34,841 nt of DNA, from assembly GCA_049999805.1 (NCBI GenBank), contig JBNGIO010006249.1:339140-373980 (forward strand), given 5' to 3'. Under the pieces are notes generated by a model. The model ran no database searches. It was not told the DNA's origin and saw only the letters and a list, made by a program, of their open reading frames with translations. This stretch comes from Folioceros fuciformis. Its lineage: Eukaryota. The position numbers and the translations under genes are program-made. Shown here piece after piece: positions 1 to 12,212 of this stretch. The first letter of the stretch is position 1. Every line of letters begins with the position of its first letter.

Positions 1-7
1 TCCTCAG

Positions 8-3000
8 GACGATGCAGAGACTGAAGGAGACTCAGCAGACGTATATGAAGGATATTGAATTTTGGGGTGTTGGGACGAGCGCTATTTTCCGAGTGTACCA
101 GAATGCGGATGGCCAGGTGACCAGAGTGGAGATAAATGCGGACGAGATCCTTCTGAGGAGTGGGCTGGAACCTGGTATGCCTCGGTTGGATGATTCGGAA
201 GGGAGGGTGGAAGCGGATTTGAAGCTTGCTAGGGCTAATGTGATAGCGAGGGAGATTGAGCAGGGGTTGAGGGAGCCTCCCGCAGGAAGCACTCTCTATG
301 AGTTCAAGAAGGAGAGGCCATGGGCAGGCACTGCTGGGGGTCGTTTCATAGGGGGCCTTGTGGGCGTTGTTGGTCAAGCTGGGGATATGGTGTTGAGGAC
401 TCCTCCTTTAGTTAGGCAAACCTTCTTCGGCTTGTTGTTTGTCTACTTGTTTTTGGTGGCATGGGGAGCCCGCGTACTTGTTGCTGACGAGCTGGAGAAA
501 GATCAGGTCGACAGTAAGGAAAAGGAATCCGATGATAGAATGATGAAGATGAGAGAAATGAAGGCTCGTGGCAAGGATGAAGAGGGCATGGAAGGGTTTA
601 TTTCAGGACAGACTGCAGCCAGGGTATCCTTTGAGCCATCTGTGGGGACGAGCCAGGGATCTGGGGATGCTGAGGGCTTGCATAGTTTCAGGCCCTTCGT
701 GGAGGGGGAGGAGTTTAAGAGGAAGGTGGCCCAAATTCAGGAAATGGCAAGGCAAGTAAGGCTGTCAGAGAAAGAGAGGTTAGAATCTAGAAAAGGGAAT
801 GAGCAAGCGGATGGAGGCAGTGATGGAGTGGGTGATGTCGTTGAAGGAGCTGTCGATGTTCACGCCAATCAATCGAAGGAGGTGGTGAGGAACGGGAGGC
901 TAAGTGTGTCTCCGGCTATGATCAACGGGAAGGCTGGTGGACCAACGAATCTGATGTCGGTGGATATTGAAAACTCCGACCTGGACGATACAGCAGATCT
1001 GGGTTAGCTCAATGTCCTCTTTTGCCATCTGACGTGAAACACATCTAATCTGATGCCAAAAGCCCTTGTAGCTGCACAGAGAGTCACTTTTAGTGCGATT
1101 GTCCTCGTTTTCAGAAAAGTCCTCGTTTGCTTGAGCATTCTTTGTCTCCATGATTAGTCCTGTCCTACTCGTCAGGAGCTGTGGTCAGTTTTCTCTGTCC
1201 TGGTGAAGTAGTATGTGTCTACTGCCCACATTTGAGCAAGTCAATCTATAATCCCATCTCGACATGGAGAGTGATCCTCTTTTCTTTTCGAGCTCCTGGA
1301 TGTCAATCCCTTGATTTCCTGCGTTGTGGGGAGTGGGTAATCAAGCCGAACAGGGGTTTTGGTTGGCGCAGGGCAAACTGTGAGTGAAGATGACCTGAGG
1401 ATTCTCGCTGATCGGCTGTATGACGTATATCGCTTTGGTGCAGAATCTTGGCGTGACTCCGGGAAGAGGGATCCAATTACACCCTTTGCTGAGGCAAGTT
1501 ACGTAGAGGGTTTGGTTCATGGCAGAGTGGGTGGACAAGGTCCTTCCTCTGGGTCAGATCAAACTTCCCAAGAAAGCGGGGAACATTCAAGACCGGCTGG
1601 TACTGGACAACCCTCCAATGGAGTAATTTATGGAAGCTTGAGCTCTGAAGATCTTGGAGAAAATCATGACCAAGTTGGGGACACAAATGAATCTGAGCCC
1701 ACTACGTCGTCTCCTAAAATGGGAATGGACAGCAAAGGTCGGAATCCGGTATCAGTTAGTCGTCTTCGAGCTGCAGCACGGGCATCTAGACCTAAGGTTA
1801 TTATCTCTGTTGAGGAAGCAAAAGCGAGACTTGCTGCTAAGAAGGCTAGTAGGCAAGATGATAGCTCGCCACCCAAAGGCTCAATCGGGGAGGAAGCTGG
1901 ACGTTCCAAACGGGTAAGCAGATCGGCAGCAGGCATTGATTCCTCCCAAGGATCTGGGAATAGAATCCCTTCTACTGAGGAGGAGTTCTCGGATGAGAGG
2001 ATACAGTCGGCAGACGGGGGTGAGGAAACAGGTGCAAGTGACAGGTTGTCCAAGTTGGAATCGGTGCTGGATACAGTGTTGGACAACATGGCCAAGACGC
2101 ATGACAGAATTGAGGCCTTGAAGAAAGCTGAGAGCTCCGAGGACCAGTCTGCAGATGGAAGTTCCTCTGGCACACCGGACCAGAAAGACGCTGTAGGACA
2201 GAGCCAGCAAGGAAAGCAGACTGCAGATGAGAAAGAGGAAGAAGAGTGGATGAGAGATGATGTTTTGAGGGAGATCGTCTATAAAGTTCAGGCCAACGAG
2301 AAAGCTGGGCGTCAGCCATTCGAAGGACTTGATTCTGATGCCGAAGCATTGTTCTTCAAAGGCTTAGAAAGGAAGTTTGAGAGAGAAGGTGAAGTGGTTA
2401 AGAAATGGATTGAAGAACGGGTCGAGAATTTGGACTACGGACAAGGTGAGAGTAGGGATAAATCACCGTGAAGCCAAAATGCGGTGCTGGAGTTTCAATA
2501 TATTGTTGTCAGCACTCAAGTTTGGAGGCCAAAGCTAAACCTGTCGTATGCTACCAGGGCCCATCAGTGTGGATGATCCACCAGAAAAATTCATGGCGAG
2601 ATGGAAGGACCCCAGTCATGGAAGGTCGGAGCTGCTGGAAAAGTTTACTGCAGAACGATCAAAGATACTCGAAGCTGCAAGGAAAGCTTCAGGTGTTGGA
2701 GCCTCGTCTGCACCCGTGAGCTCTTTGTCGCGGCCACAGCCCCTCAGTAATGTCCCAACCGTAGGGCTCTCAAACGAGGACAGCGACGCAGAGAGTGGCT
2801 TGAAAGATGTCGTCAGGGGCAACGAAAGAACAGGAAACCAAGCGGAAACCGCAAAGAAGGCCGTCGAGTCATCTGACCCTTTATCCAGTAGTGGGAAAGG
2901 CAGTGTTGTCACTGTGAGTGGAAAGCCGGAGAAGGACAGTGAGGAGAATTGGCAGCATACTAAGAAGTGGAGTCAGGAGCTGCAAAGGAAATATGATAGG

Positions 3001-3879
3001 GAGAAGAATCCTGAAACCAAGTCTTTAATGCAAGAGATTGGACAAGATTTGGATAGGTGGATAACTGAGGATGAAATTCATAGAGCACAGACGTTGCTGT
3101 CACAGGGAGTCGAAGGGCAGAAGCAGTATGCGAAGGAGGCTTTTGAAAAGACTAAAGAAAAGATCAACAAGCAGAGGGAAATGTTTGGTCAGGAGGCCAT
3201 GGTGGCCAAGTATTCGGAGTATAAACCACAGAAGGAAGATGAATTGTGGTGGCTTGATCTGCCCTTTGTTGTGGTAAGTTTGTCGACAAACCCTGTATCT
3301 CGTTATCCGAGATGAGGAAGGGCAACCTTGGCCTGGCCTCTGTAGTAACATGTGGGTTTGCAGTGCATAGGTATCCAAACAGACCGGAATGGTGAGACTG
3401 AAGAAGGCATGTACTCGCTAGACATGGCTCCAAGTATGCAAGGAACGGAGAAAAATTCGAAGCTACCGCACACGATTGCTTTCCAGGATCGCACCGATGC
3501 AACTCAGTTTCTGTACATGATGAGGTCTCAGTCAGAGGAGGCGGCTGCAGCAGAGCTTGTCCCAGTACCGCCAAAGGTAGGTGTTCCCGGACTGCCTAGC
3601 CTGTTGCCTGTTGAGAGACGCGTACACTCGGCTGACATGGATTTCTATTGACGGTTGCAGGAGCTCTACCAAGAGGCCAAAAGCGAAGGATTCAGGGTCA
3701 CAGTCTTGAGGAAGGGCCAACTGGAACTTACCCCGGGGCAAGCTTTTGAAGAGGTTGAACAAAGGATCATGCAAATCGGAAGCAGTGTGTACTGGGACGA
3801 CATCCTGCGAGAACGCTCGATTGACATGAACGCCGTTGTGGAAGAGGGGCTTGGTTTTGGCCGGCCTCCATCCACGTAA
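8..3879 (+). CDS. EMB1703: EMB1703-like (embryo defective 1703) protein, 5'-incomplete; exons 8-1002, 1372-2445, 2558-3273, 3364-3576, 3661-3879
   Basis: GT-AG introns join the long ORFs in phase. Recognised blocks: WMRDDVLREIVYKVQANEKAGRQPF, QEIGQDLDRWITEDEI, KEDELWWLDLPFVVCI, GMYSLDMA, HTIAFQD, GFRVTVLRKGQL, EEVEQRIMQIGS, ERSIDM. One predicted TM segment (FFGLLFVYLFLVAWGA). An alternative last exon (donor 3876, acceptor 3970, stop ~4098) is possible. Confidence 0.85.
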
Positions 3880-4599
3880 ATCCCTGTGCATATGAAAGGC
3901 GTCCATGATACGGGAGGGGTTGATGATTCTTACCAGATCTCTCTTGATGTGTAGTTTAAGCTACTGCCAGGGCGGAAGACAGTTCTTCTCCCGACAAACG
4001 AAGCATTGTATACATATGTACACAACAAGTCTCTTACGTCACTTCGCTGTCTTCTCCTTTTTCGCGCAGCCGCCAACACAAGGGAAGTGATATGTGATAT
4101 GTTTCTTGTACCTGCGTGTGTAGTAGCGACAAAACCGGAAGATGGAAGCTTCTGCGGCGTGCACAACACTCAAAACATGAACATGCACTCTCTGTTCGGG
4201 CACAGTCTACCCAACCCCCGTCAAGCAGACTTAATTGATTGCCCCTTCCTCGCTTGCTGGCGCGCAGATAGTTAACTAGCGCATACGCAGCTACGCGGGC
4301 TCCTTCTACCCTTGCTACTGTGCTGTTGCTGGCCGTCGGCGGGACCACGGGAAACATCGCACAAGTCAGGAGGTCGGCAAAGGCAGATGCGGATCCTCCT
4401 CACTGCCGCGATAGGAGTTCATCAACTTCAGGTTCTTGTGAGCGCTACTCTATACCCTCAGCTTCCTGCATATCGTTTCCCCCACTGTGCCGTGAGAGGT
4501 ACATGCAGTGGACCCTGTGCTGCAAGAACTTCGTGTCTTCATTCAAAGGACTCCTGGAGTTGCGATGTACAACGGAGAATGAACAGCAGGAACATTGTA

Positions 4600-4785
4600 A
4601 CTGGTGATACAAATCTGTTGCCAGCAGATGCAAATCTCGCGTACAAACAAGAACAGTGTTCACTGGTGACACAAATCTGTTGCCAGCAGATGCAAATCTT
4701 GCGTACAAACAATGCTTAGTACTAAAAAGGCTCGACCTGCAAATCTTGCGTACAAACAATGCTTAGTACTAAAAAGGCTCGACCG
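4600..4785. repeat. Short compound tandem duplication (~62-bp unit x2, then ~47-bp unit x2)
   Basis: ACTGGTGAYACAAATCTGTTGCCAGCAGATGCAAATCT occurs twice and GCAAATCTTGCGTACAAACAATGCTTAGTACTAAAAAGGCTCGACC occurs twice. Confidence 0.85.
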
Positions 4786-5207
4786 AGCGCAGGTAGGCCG
4801 CAGGTTTAGGATAGAGTCTATGGACGCAGCGCCAGCGCTAGATCAGCTTACAATAATGAAAAGTGTGTTCGGAGAAGGAAACCATGATTGAGGGTTTCCT
4901 TTTCCTTTAATGTCCGCTGTAGGCGGCGCCGGTGGCGGAGAACGGTTTTTGGAGCATGTTCCGCGGGCATTGTGTGATGTCCCGAGAAACGAGCAGTAAC
5001 ATATCTCGGGGAGAGAGCGTAGCTTCTTTGGTATGCCCGCAGGTCTGGTGCTACATTCAGCTTGCATAATCCAAATGTTCGGCAAATTCTCTTAGTGGTG
5101 TGTTCCCAAGGTTCCCGTTGAAGCCTCAGCTTGGTTGCTGTGTGCCTTCGGTTTCCGTTGAAGGGCCTCGTCTTGCCCTTGGAAAGCGTGAAAATCAGTT
5201 TCTGGTC

Positions 5208-6265
5208 ATGGGGACATTTTCTCCTGGTGCACGGCATCTGTCACGGCGAATGGGTTTGGTACAAGACAATAGATCTGCTGCAAAGGGATGGCCACAGGGC
5301 CACAGCAATAGACAATCCCGGACACGGTAGGGATGGCACAGATCCCGCAAGCATCACCACGCTCGAGCAGTTGTCCAGGAATGTCGCCAAATTCTTGGAA
5401 GTCCTCCCTGACGGAGGGCAGGTGATGGATGTCTGCAACCGTTCCTTGCATCTCCTCAATACTTAGCTCTCATCTTTCTCCTGCTTGATTGCAAGGTATG
5501 TGACTCCTGGAATTGCACTCTCCAGGTTATAGTGGTAGCTCACAGCTATGGCGGCTGCGTAGCCAGTTACGTGTCGGAGCACTTCGCGCACAAAATCTCT
5601 GCGACTGTGTACGTGTCTTCGTTCATGTTTCCCGGTCAGGATGTGGAGCTCATGTCCAAGGTACATCCTACCAGGACCTCATTCAAACTCTCGGAAGCTG
5701 TAGGTTGTTGCAGTCAGCTGGACCCGCTTTGCCAAGCCTTCCTGTTGTTGCGTTTTCACAGATCTTCACAGAGATTCCAAACCAGCGAAAGGACGGGCAG
5801 CTTCTGGAATTTCGTGGCGGGAACGGCAGCCTCGCTACTACGGCGTCTATCCATTACTATCGGCCGTTCTACAGTTTGTGTCCCACTGAGGTAACGCTTG
5901 TCCAAGATGCAGGGCAAAGATGTCTGCAGTTTGCAATCGTGGGGTAGAGTCGATCGCACCATAACGTTACTTGCATGTGAACGCAGACGGTAATTCTGGC
6001 TGAGAGTTTGCTCAAGCCCGCACCTTTCCTAGCCATCGAGGAGCTGGTTATCAAGCACAGCCCGGAGCGCTACGGGAGTGTTCCCAGGGTGTTCATCCGG
6101 CTGCTTCAGGATGATGTCCTACCACAGAAAATTCAAGGTTGTATGATCGAGGCAAGTCCTCCCGCCCAGGTTTTGGACATTGATACAGATCACAGCCCCT
6201 TCCTCTCTAGGCCCCAAGAGCTGCATGAGCACCTCCTCCAGATCGCTCGCAAGTACCACGGCTGA
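5208..6265 (+). CDS. Methylesterase, SABP2/MES-family alpha/beta hydrolase; exons ~5208-5421, 5526-5660, 5762-5890, 5987-6265; start codon uncertain
   Basis: HFLLVHGICHGEWVW, nucleophile motif VAHSYGG, YGSVPRVFI..LQDDVL (Asp) and IDTDHSPFLSRP (His) give an intact Ser-Asp-His triad. Three phase-0 GT-AG introns. The nearest ATG (5208) is one base out of frame. Confidence 0.88.
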
Positions 6266-6507
6266 CTGACTGACGCTCGGAGGAAGAATGATTTCTTTGA
6301 CAGTGTAGTGAGACGTGGCTGCCGTGTCGTGTCTTTGTTCACTAAAGCTTAATGTCATGCAAATATGTATATATAATTATTATATAAAATATATTATATT
6401 GTTATTATAGAATATATATATATCATATATATATTAATGCACTTTTTAGATTTTCTTATTATTATTAAAAATAGATGAAAAATCTCATCTACTTCAAAAA
6501 TTAAAGA

Positions 6508-6697
6508 AATAACCCTAAGTCCAAAAGATTAAAGGAATAACCCTAAGTCCAAAAGATTGAAGGAATATCCTAAGTTCAAAAGGTCGAAGGAATAACCCTA
6601 AGTCCAAAAGATTGAAGGAATAACCCTAAGTCCAAAAGATTGAAGGAATAACCCTAAGTCCAAAAGATTGAAGAAATAGCCCTAAGTCCAAAAGATA
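6508..6697. repeat. 28-bp minisatellite, ~7 copies
   Basis: AACCCTAAGTCCAAAAGATTGAAGGAAT repeated head to tail at 6511, 6539, ~6566, 6594, 6622, 6650 and 6678. Confidence 0.95.
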
Positions 6698-7376
6698 GAG
6701 AAAAATTCTAGTAGGGCCAAAGGCGCTGTGGTATCTCACATCTTCATGTGTCCTCTATAGTTCCAGCTCACCTAGTTATCTTTCTATTATACAAAGATTT
6801 TTTTTCTTTCTAATTGGATCAAGGTTGTGGATCCATATGGAATACTCAATAGTTGTTTGGCTATCGGGTTTTGTTTGTACACATTGTCAAGCACAAACAC
6901 ATAAGTACTACATATTAAGAAATCTAGTTGCCACACCTAAATGCTTGTGAGGTTCTATCTCCCAACCATATCCTTTAACATGCCTTTCACTATGTAGCTT
7001 GCAAGCCATGTGATTCATCAGAAGGGTGTTGAACTTCCTGAATCAACGAAGGGACTTAAGGATCTCAAATTTTGTATTACTGCGGGGTTAGGCACAAAGC
7101 TACACTGCAACAATAATAGATGATGTAAAGCATTTTGGTTGCAATTTAACTGCACAACTATGCAAGCACAAGTCAGTTGTTCTTCTTTGATAGAAATGAG
7201 GCAAGGTTGTCCAAGTCCCCTAGCCCACAATAGTGTGGACATCTTATACTTTTGCATTCAACTTGCCCACAAGTGTGGATACCTTACACTTGTGCAACCA
7301 ACCCGAATGGCACGGCGATGATAGGTAAGTTCAGCATCGCAAATGTTGTCTAAGTGATATTGTGTTGTACTCTAGA

Positions 7377-8047
7377 AGCTAACACTGCAATCCTTACTAA
7401 GGAATTGGCTAAGGGAGAGTGGAGTCTTGTAAAGGGTTGGGCTAACACTACAATCCCTCTTTGAGGAATTGGCCGAGGGAGAGTGGAGTCTTGTAAAGGG
7501 TGGGGCTAATACTAGAATCCCTCTATGAGGAATTGGCTGAGGGAGAGTGGAGTCTTGTAAAGGGTGGAACTTACACTACGATCTCTCTATGAGTTGGTAG
7601 TGCATGGGCTAACACTAGAATCCCCCTATATGAGTTGGAAGAGCAATATCTGCAAAAGGCCAACCATTACAGGGGTTGGCACCACAATTTGGAAGCGGCA
7701 TTCACACTCTCCCAAGGATAGTGAACTAATGCCTAACCTGCAAAAGGGTGTATGGGAGGCTAGTGCTAGAGGATGTGCATATAGTGATACACACACTATA
7801 GTACCGAGACATTTGTCATGGTAGTGCATGGGCTAACACTAGAATCCCCCTATATGAGTTGGAAGTGCAATATCTACAAAAGGCCAACCATTAAAGGGGT
7901 TGGCACCACAATTTGGAAGCAGCATTCACACTCTCCCAAGAATAGTGAACTAATGCCTAACCTGCAAAAGGGTGTATGGGAGGCTAGTGCTAGAGGATGT
8001 GCATATAGTGACACACACACACCATAGTAACGAGACATTTGTCATGG
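7377..8047. repeat. Compound tandem repeat: ~62-bp unit x3, then 224-bp unit x2
   Basis: GCTAACACT..AATCC...GAGGAATTGGCYRAGGGAGAGTGGAGTCTTGTAAAGGGT occurs three times. Near-identical blocks start at 7596 and 7820. Confidence 0.9.
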
Positions 8048-8710
8048 AGACAGTATTAGTATGGGTTTTCTCTAAAGGCCTCATTGGGTGTTTTGGTGTG
8101 AAGGCCTTGTACCTTGATCTTGTCCTAAAGGGCTATGGCAATAAGATAGTGCGGATTTCTTTGCCCCCTATTTGTGCCCTACATCCATAGGCTTCCCATG
8201 CTTGGTACACCTAGAAAATGCCCCTACTCTCTTATTACATTGATGTGAAAGCCCTTGCAATCACTTGCATCTAGAGGATGGTCACTAATACTATTGAAAC
8301 CTTAACAACATAGAAAACCCTATCCCCTTTGCAGAGAAAAAAGAACATGTGACACAAGCTTTTTGAGATACTCATTACTTGTATTAAAAGTATAAAAAGA
8401 AAAAATACGATAAATTAATTGCATTAGAATGCCCATAACGAAACACCGAACCATATCTAGAGTACGCCTCTGTACTGACCAAAAGTTACTACCGTATGTA
8501 GAGGTAACTTTTATTACTCACACTACGAATCACATATGTAGGGTCACACCGGTGACAGCAACGGTGTCCCTATAGTATTCCTTACTGTAGATACATACCC
8601 TGGATAGTGGATATTGGGGGCACATAAAAGACGGGGTTGGTAACAGAACCTGTTGGTGAAGCGTGAATGGTGCTGTCAAGAGCGCGACTTGTGGCTCTAA
8701 AACGCCAGTT

Positions 8711-11700
8711 ATGGCGGCGTGGTTTCAAGCTGCAGCTGCGGTCGCTCCCGCCTGCGCTGCGGATTTTGGTCTGGCTGCTTCCTCCTCCTTGACAAGCGCG
8801 GGGGAAGCTTGCGGGAATGCGCCTCGCCGGGTGAGTCAGCGGCTGCGGAGCTGCATCCGGGCGGCGGAATTGAGCAGCCTCAGGCGCAGCTGCATAGCTA
8901 GACCAGCGCGTTGCCGCGGGCGGAATGGGAGCAATGGGGCGAGAGCTATGGGGGCCGCGCTTGCGGAGCCTCCAGAGCTGTCCAAAATTGAGTTGTGGCA
9001 GGAGGGGAAGAGGCTGCAGACTCAGACTTGCCCGGTGGTTCCTGACATCACAACCATTCGGTCCCTCGATTGGGACCGCAATCGCTTTGACATGTTTGTA
9101 CTCCAAACCTTGTCTCCTGTATTGTTTTCCCGCTCTCGTCCCTTTAAGGTGCGGCGTAGTCGGTTCTTCCTGGTGGAGTGTGCGTGAGGTAGCGGTCTTG
9201 AGTTTGTTCTGTTTGAATTGCAACTCTGACTGGACATGATGTTGTCTTTTGCGTGTCAGCGAGTTTGGCCTTCAGAATGGTACCACTTACAATTCCTTCA
9301 TCATCCAAGGCGAGAAGTTGGCTGTCATCGACGCGTCGCATGAGAAGTTTAAGGACCTCTACCTCAAGGCTTTGAATAATCAAATCAATCCCGCGGCCAT
9401 ACAGTACATTATTGCGAACCATACTGAGCCGGACCACAGTGGATTGATACCTGAGCTGTTGAACTTGGCACCTAATGCAACAGTTGTCGGGTCACGAGTT
9501 TGTATTCAGTTCCTGGCGAACCTTGTTCTGCGGCCATTCAAGAGCCTGATTGTGAAGGTGCGCCCATGACAGGTCTGGAGAAGAAGCGAGTGCTCGCTTT
9601 TAGTGTTGACTAACTTCGTCTGTGATGGCTGGATAGGGCGGAGATACCTTGGATCTTGGTAAAGGACATGTGTTGGAGTTTGTGATGGCGCCCAATCTTC
9701 ACTGGCCCGACACTATGTTCACTCTTGACAGGGGAACTGGCGTTCTGTTCACTTGTGATGCATTTGGCATGCATTACTGTTCCGAAGCTGTAAGTCATGA
9801 GAGCTTTTTATTTGCTTGCAGGATGTTGTGTGGCATGTGGGCTTGTTTGCCCAGCGCTCTCCCTTTTACGTCATTTCTTCAAACCCTGCAAGTCTGTGGC
9901 CTGAGTCCCTACCCTAACTATCTGCAGGTGTATGATGAGGACCTGATCACGATTGAGCCACACTACCGCTTCTATTACGATTGTTTGATGAAGCCTAATG
10001 CACGCTCTGCCATTACGGCGCTAAAGAGGATAAAAGACATGGATTTCAGCCTCATAGCCACAGGGCATGGTCCCCTTCTTCGATACAATGTGGCTGAGTT
10101 GATCAATAAGTACGACAGCTGGAGCAAGCAGGCTCTCGAAAAGCAATTGGCGTCTGCTGCTGTTCTCTATGTGTCTGACTATGGCTACAGTGACCGTCTG
10201 TCTCAGGTTCAACTCCTATGCTGTCACTGTATGTCTAGTTGTTCAAATTCCTTGAGCAGGGCTGTCCTTGAGTTTCGGAAGGTTTCGTTTCATCGCTTGA
10301 ACAATTAAGGTCCGACATTTTACTGTTTGTCGCAATAGGCCCTTGCTAGGGGCTTGACTAAAACCAACACAGGAGTGGAGATGATGGACTTGAAGGCAGC
10401 AGATCCGCAGGAGTTGATTGAATGTGTAGGCAAAAGTGGAGCCGTCGTCATCTTGGCACCTCCGAGTTCTGGTGCTGCCCATGCTGCTGTAAATATTTTG
10501 TATGCAGCTGTGAAGCCAAAGCAGGTGAGGACCATTGTATATACCCTTGTTGCTCCGATTGGTGGGATCTTGTTTGCGTTTTCCACTGGAGACTGCGATT
10601 CCACAGTCCAAGGGTGCTTCATCGGAGCACCCTGCTTATTTGATGGCTTGTGCACTGATAATCAGCCAGTTGTTATCGCTGAGAGTTTTGGCGGTGACGA
10701 CGAACCTGTGGATACTATTTTACGTCGCTTTGTGGAGCTCGGCATCAACTCTCCGCTGCCTCCTCTAAGGGTGAAAGAGAGCCCCACCGAAGCTACGTGA
10801 GTTTCGTCAAATTATTGACGGCAAAAACGTTTTTGATATTTGTAGGGTGGGCTCCTGCCTGTGGTGCAGCTACTTAGTTTTGCGGTTTGCCTGTAAGCTG
10901 GCAGGTATCAGCAGTTTGAAGAGGCTGGCACAGATTTGGGACAGCTGCTCTCACAAAAGAAGGCGATTGAATTGAAGAAAGCAAGTATGCCCTTGAATGT
11001 TGCCAAAGCTATAGCCAGAGTTTCTGGAGGGCTGTATGTTGTCACAGCTCAAAAAGGAGATTCGAAGGGTGCCATGGTTGCGTCGTGGGTGTCTCAGGTG
11101 GGCCAGTCAAGCTGGAAAATCCTTTTCAAAGTCCTGGTAGGGGTCTGTGTCTGTGGATGCTGACCCGCGCCATCTGGTTTGGCTCTTCTTCCAGGCTAGC
11201 TTTAAGCCCCTGGGGCTCACAATCGCTGTTGCGAAGGATCGTGCCATTGAATCACTCATGCAGGTTAGTCCATCCGCTTTACAAACCGTGAACTTGTACT
11301 AGTGCCAACTTGCAGAGCTCACATGATGTCAGTCATGAGCAGGTAGGAGACACTTTCGTGTTAAACTGCCTGGAGGAGGGTAATTACCAAAATCTGCTGA
11401 AACATTTCCTCAAACGATTCCCCCCTGGAGGTACGTCCCCGTTTGCAGGTCGCTCAATCATTATTTACTGTCATGGGGCGGGGTCTTAGGTTTAGCCAAA
11501 TTTCTTGATTTCTCTTTCGAAACCAGGCAGATGCTGTGGCAGCGGCTGCTCAATAGTGTCTCTGACCCAGCATGCTTTGTGCAGCGGACCGCTTCGAAGG
11601 AGTGGAGTGCACAGTGGCAACTAACGGATCACCTATCTTGCTGGATGCCTTGGCTTACATCGAGTGTAAAGTTGTGAGTAGAATGGAGATCTCGGACCAC

Positions 11701-11793
11701 TGGATCGTCTACGCCGAGGTCACTAACGGCGATGTCTCAAAGCCAGAGGGGCTTACGGCATCTCACCACAGAAAGATCGGCAACTACTACTGA
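8711..11793 (+). CDS. FLVB: Chloroplast class-C flavodiiron protein, Flv3/FLVB type; exons 8711-9093, 9260-9557, 9637-9789, 9928-10206, 10339-10524, 10666-10796, 10905-11097, 11195-11263, 11343-11430, 11585-11793
   Basis: Ala/Arg/Ser-rich transit-peptide-like N-terminus, then RSLDWDRNRFDIEFGLQNGTTYNS. Canonical diiron ligands NHTEPDH, HWPD, DAFGMH and ATGHGP. Flavodoxin domain (YVSDYGYSDRLSQ) and flavin-reductase domain (SGGLYVVTA, MVASWVSQASF, DHWIVY, HHRKIGNYY). All nine introns are GT-AG and keep phase. Confidence 0.93.
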
Positions 11794-12212
11794 TCTTCGC
11801 CTTTGTATCCCAGTAACTTTTGTGTTTCTTCCCGCAAAACTATCTTCCAGGTGTTCGTTTTTATTTCTGTGGGTCATTTTGTATATTTTACCTGTGTACT
11901 AACAATTCTAGAAGTCTTTGTTTTCCCCTGTCCTCCATGAACTAAATCTTCCACCTATACGGTATGCGTATTGTGTGTTTGATGAAGTATTGTATGCGGT
12001 ATGCTCACAAAATACTCTTCCCTTTGTATTGACTCTATGGTCTACAAAGTTTTTTGGTATGTAAAATTTTATAAGTTATAAATAAATTATGTTTGATTTT
12101 ATAGAAAACTTAACGTGATCGGGAAGAATATGTCTTGAAAGGAAGTGGAACTAGGGTTGAGAGTTGTGAAGTATGCAATAGGCTAAGGCCAAGAAACTCA
12201 TCGTTCATTTAT

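Noticed and set aside
1664-2349. Antisense ORFs over EMB1703 (also over FLVB, the PPR gene and 33835-34519)
   Set aside because: These are shadow frames of coding or repetitive sequence with no recognisable motifs.
4034-4759. Several 90-135 aa ORFs between EMB1703 and the methylesterase
   Set aside because: No family motifs and no consistent splice model; they partly arise from the tandem repeat.
6508-6697. 28-bp array (and the 34-bp array at 12213-12420) as a CRISPR array
   Set aside because: The units are contiguous with no unique spacers, there are no cas genes, and the context is eukaryotic.
8711-11793. FLV gene as cyanobacterial contamination or recent horizontal transfer
   Set aside because: Nine spliceosomal introns and a transit-peptide-like extension indicate a native nuclear gene.
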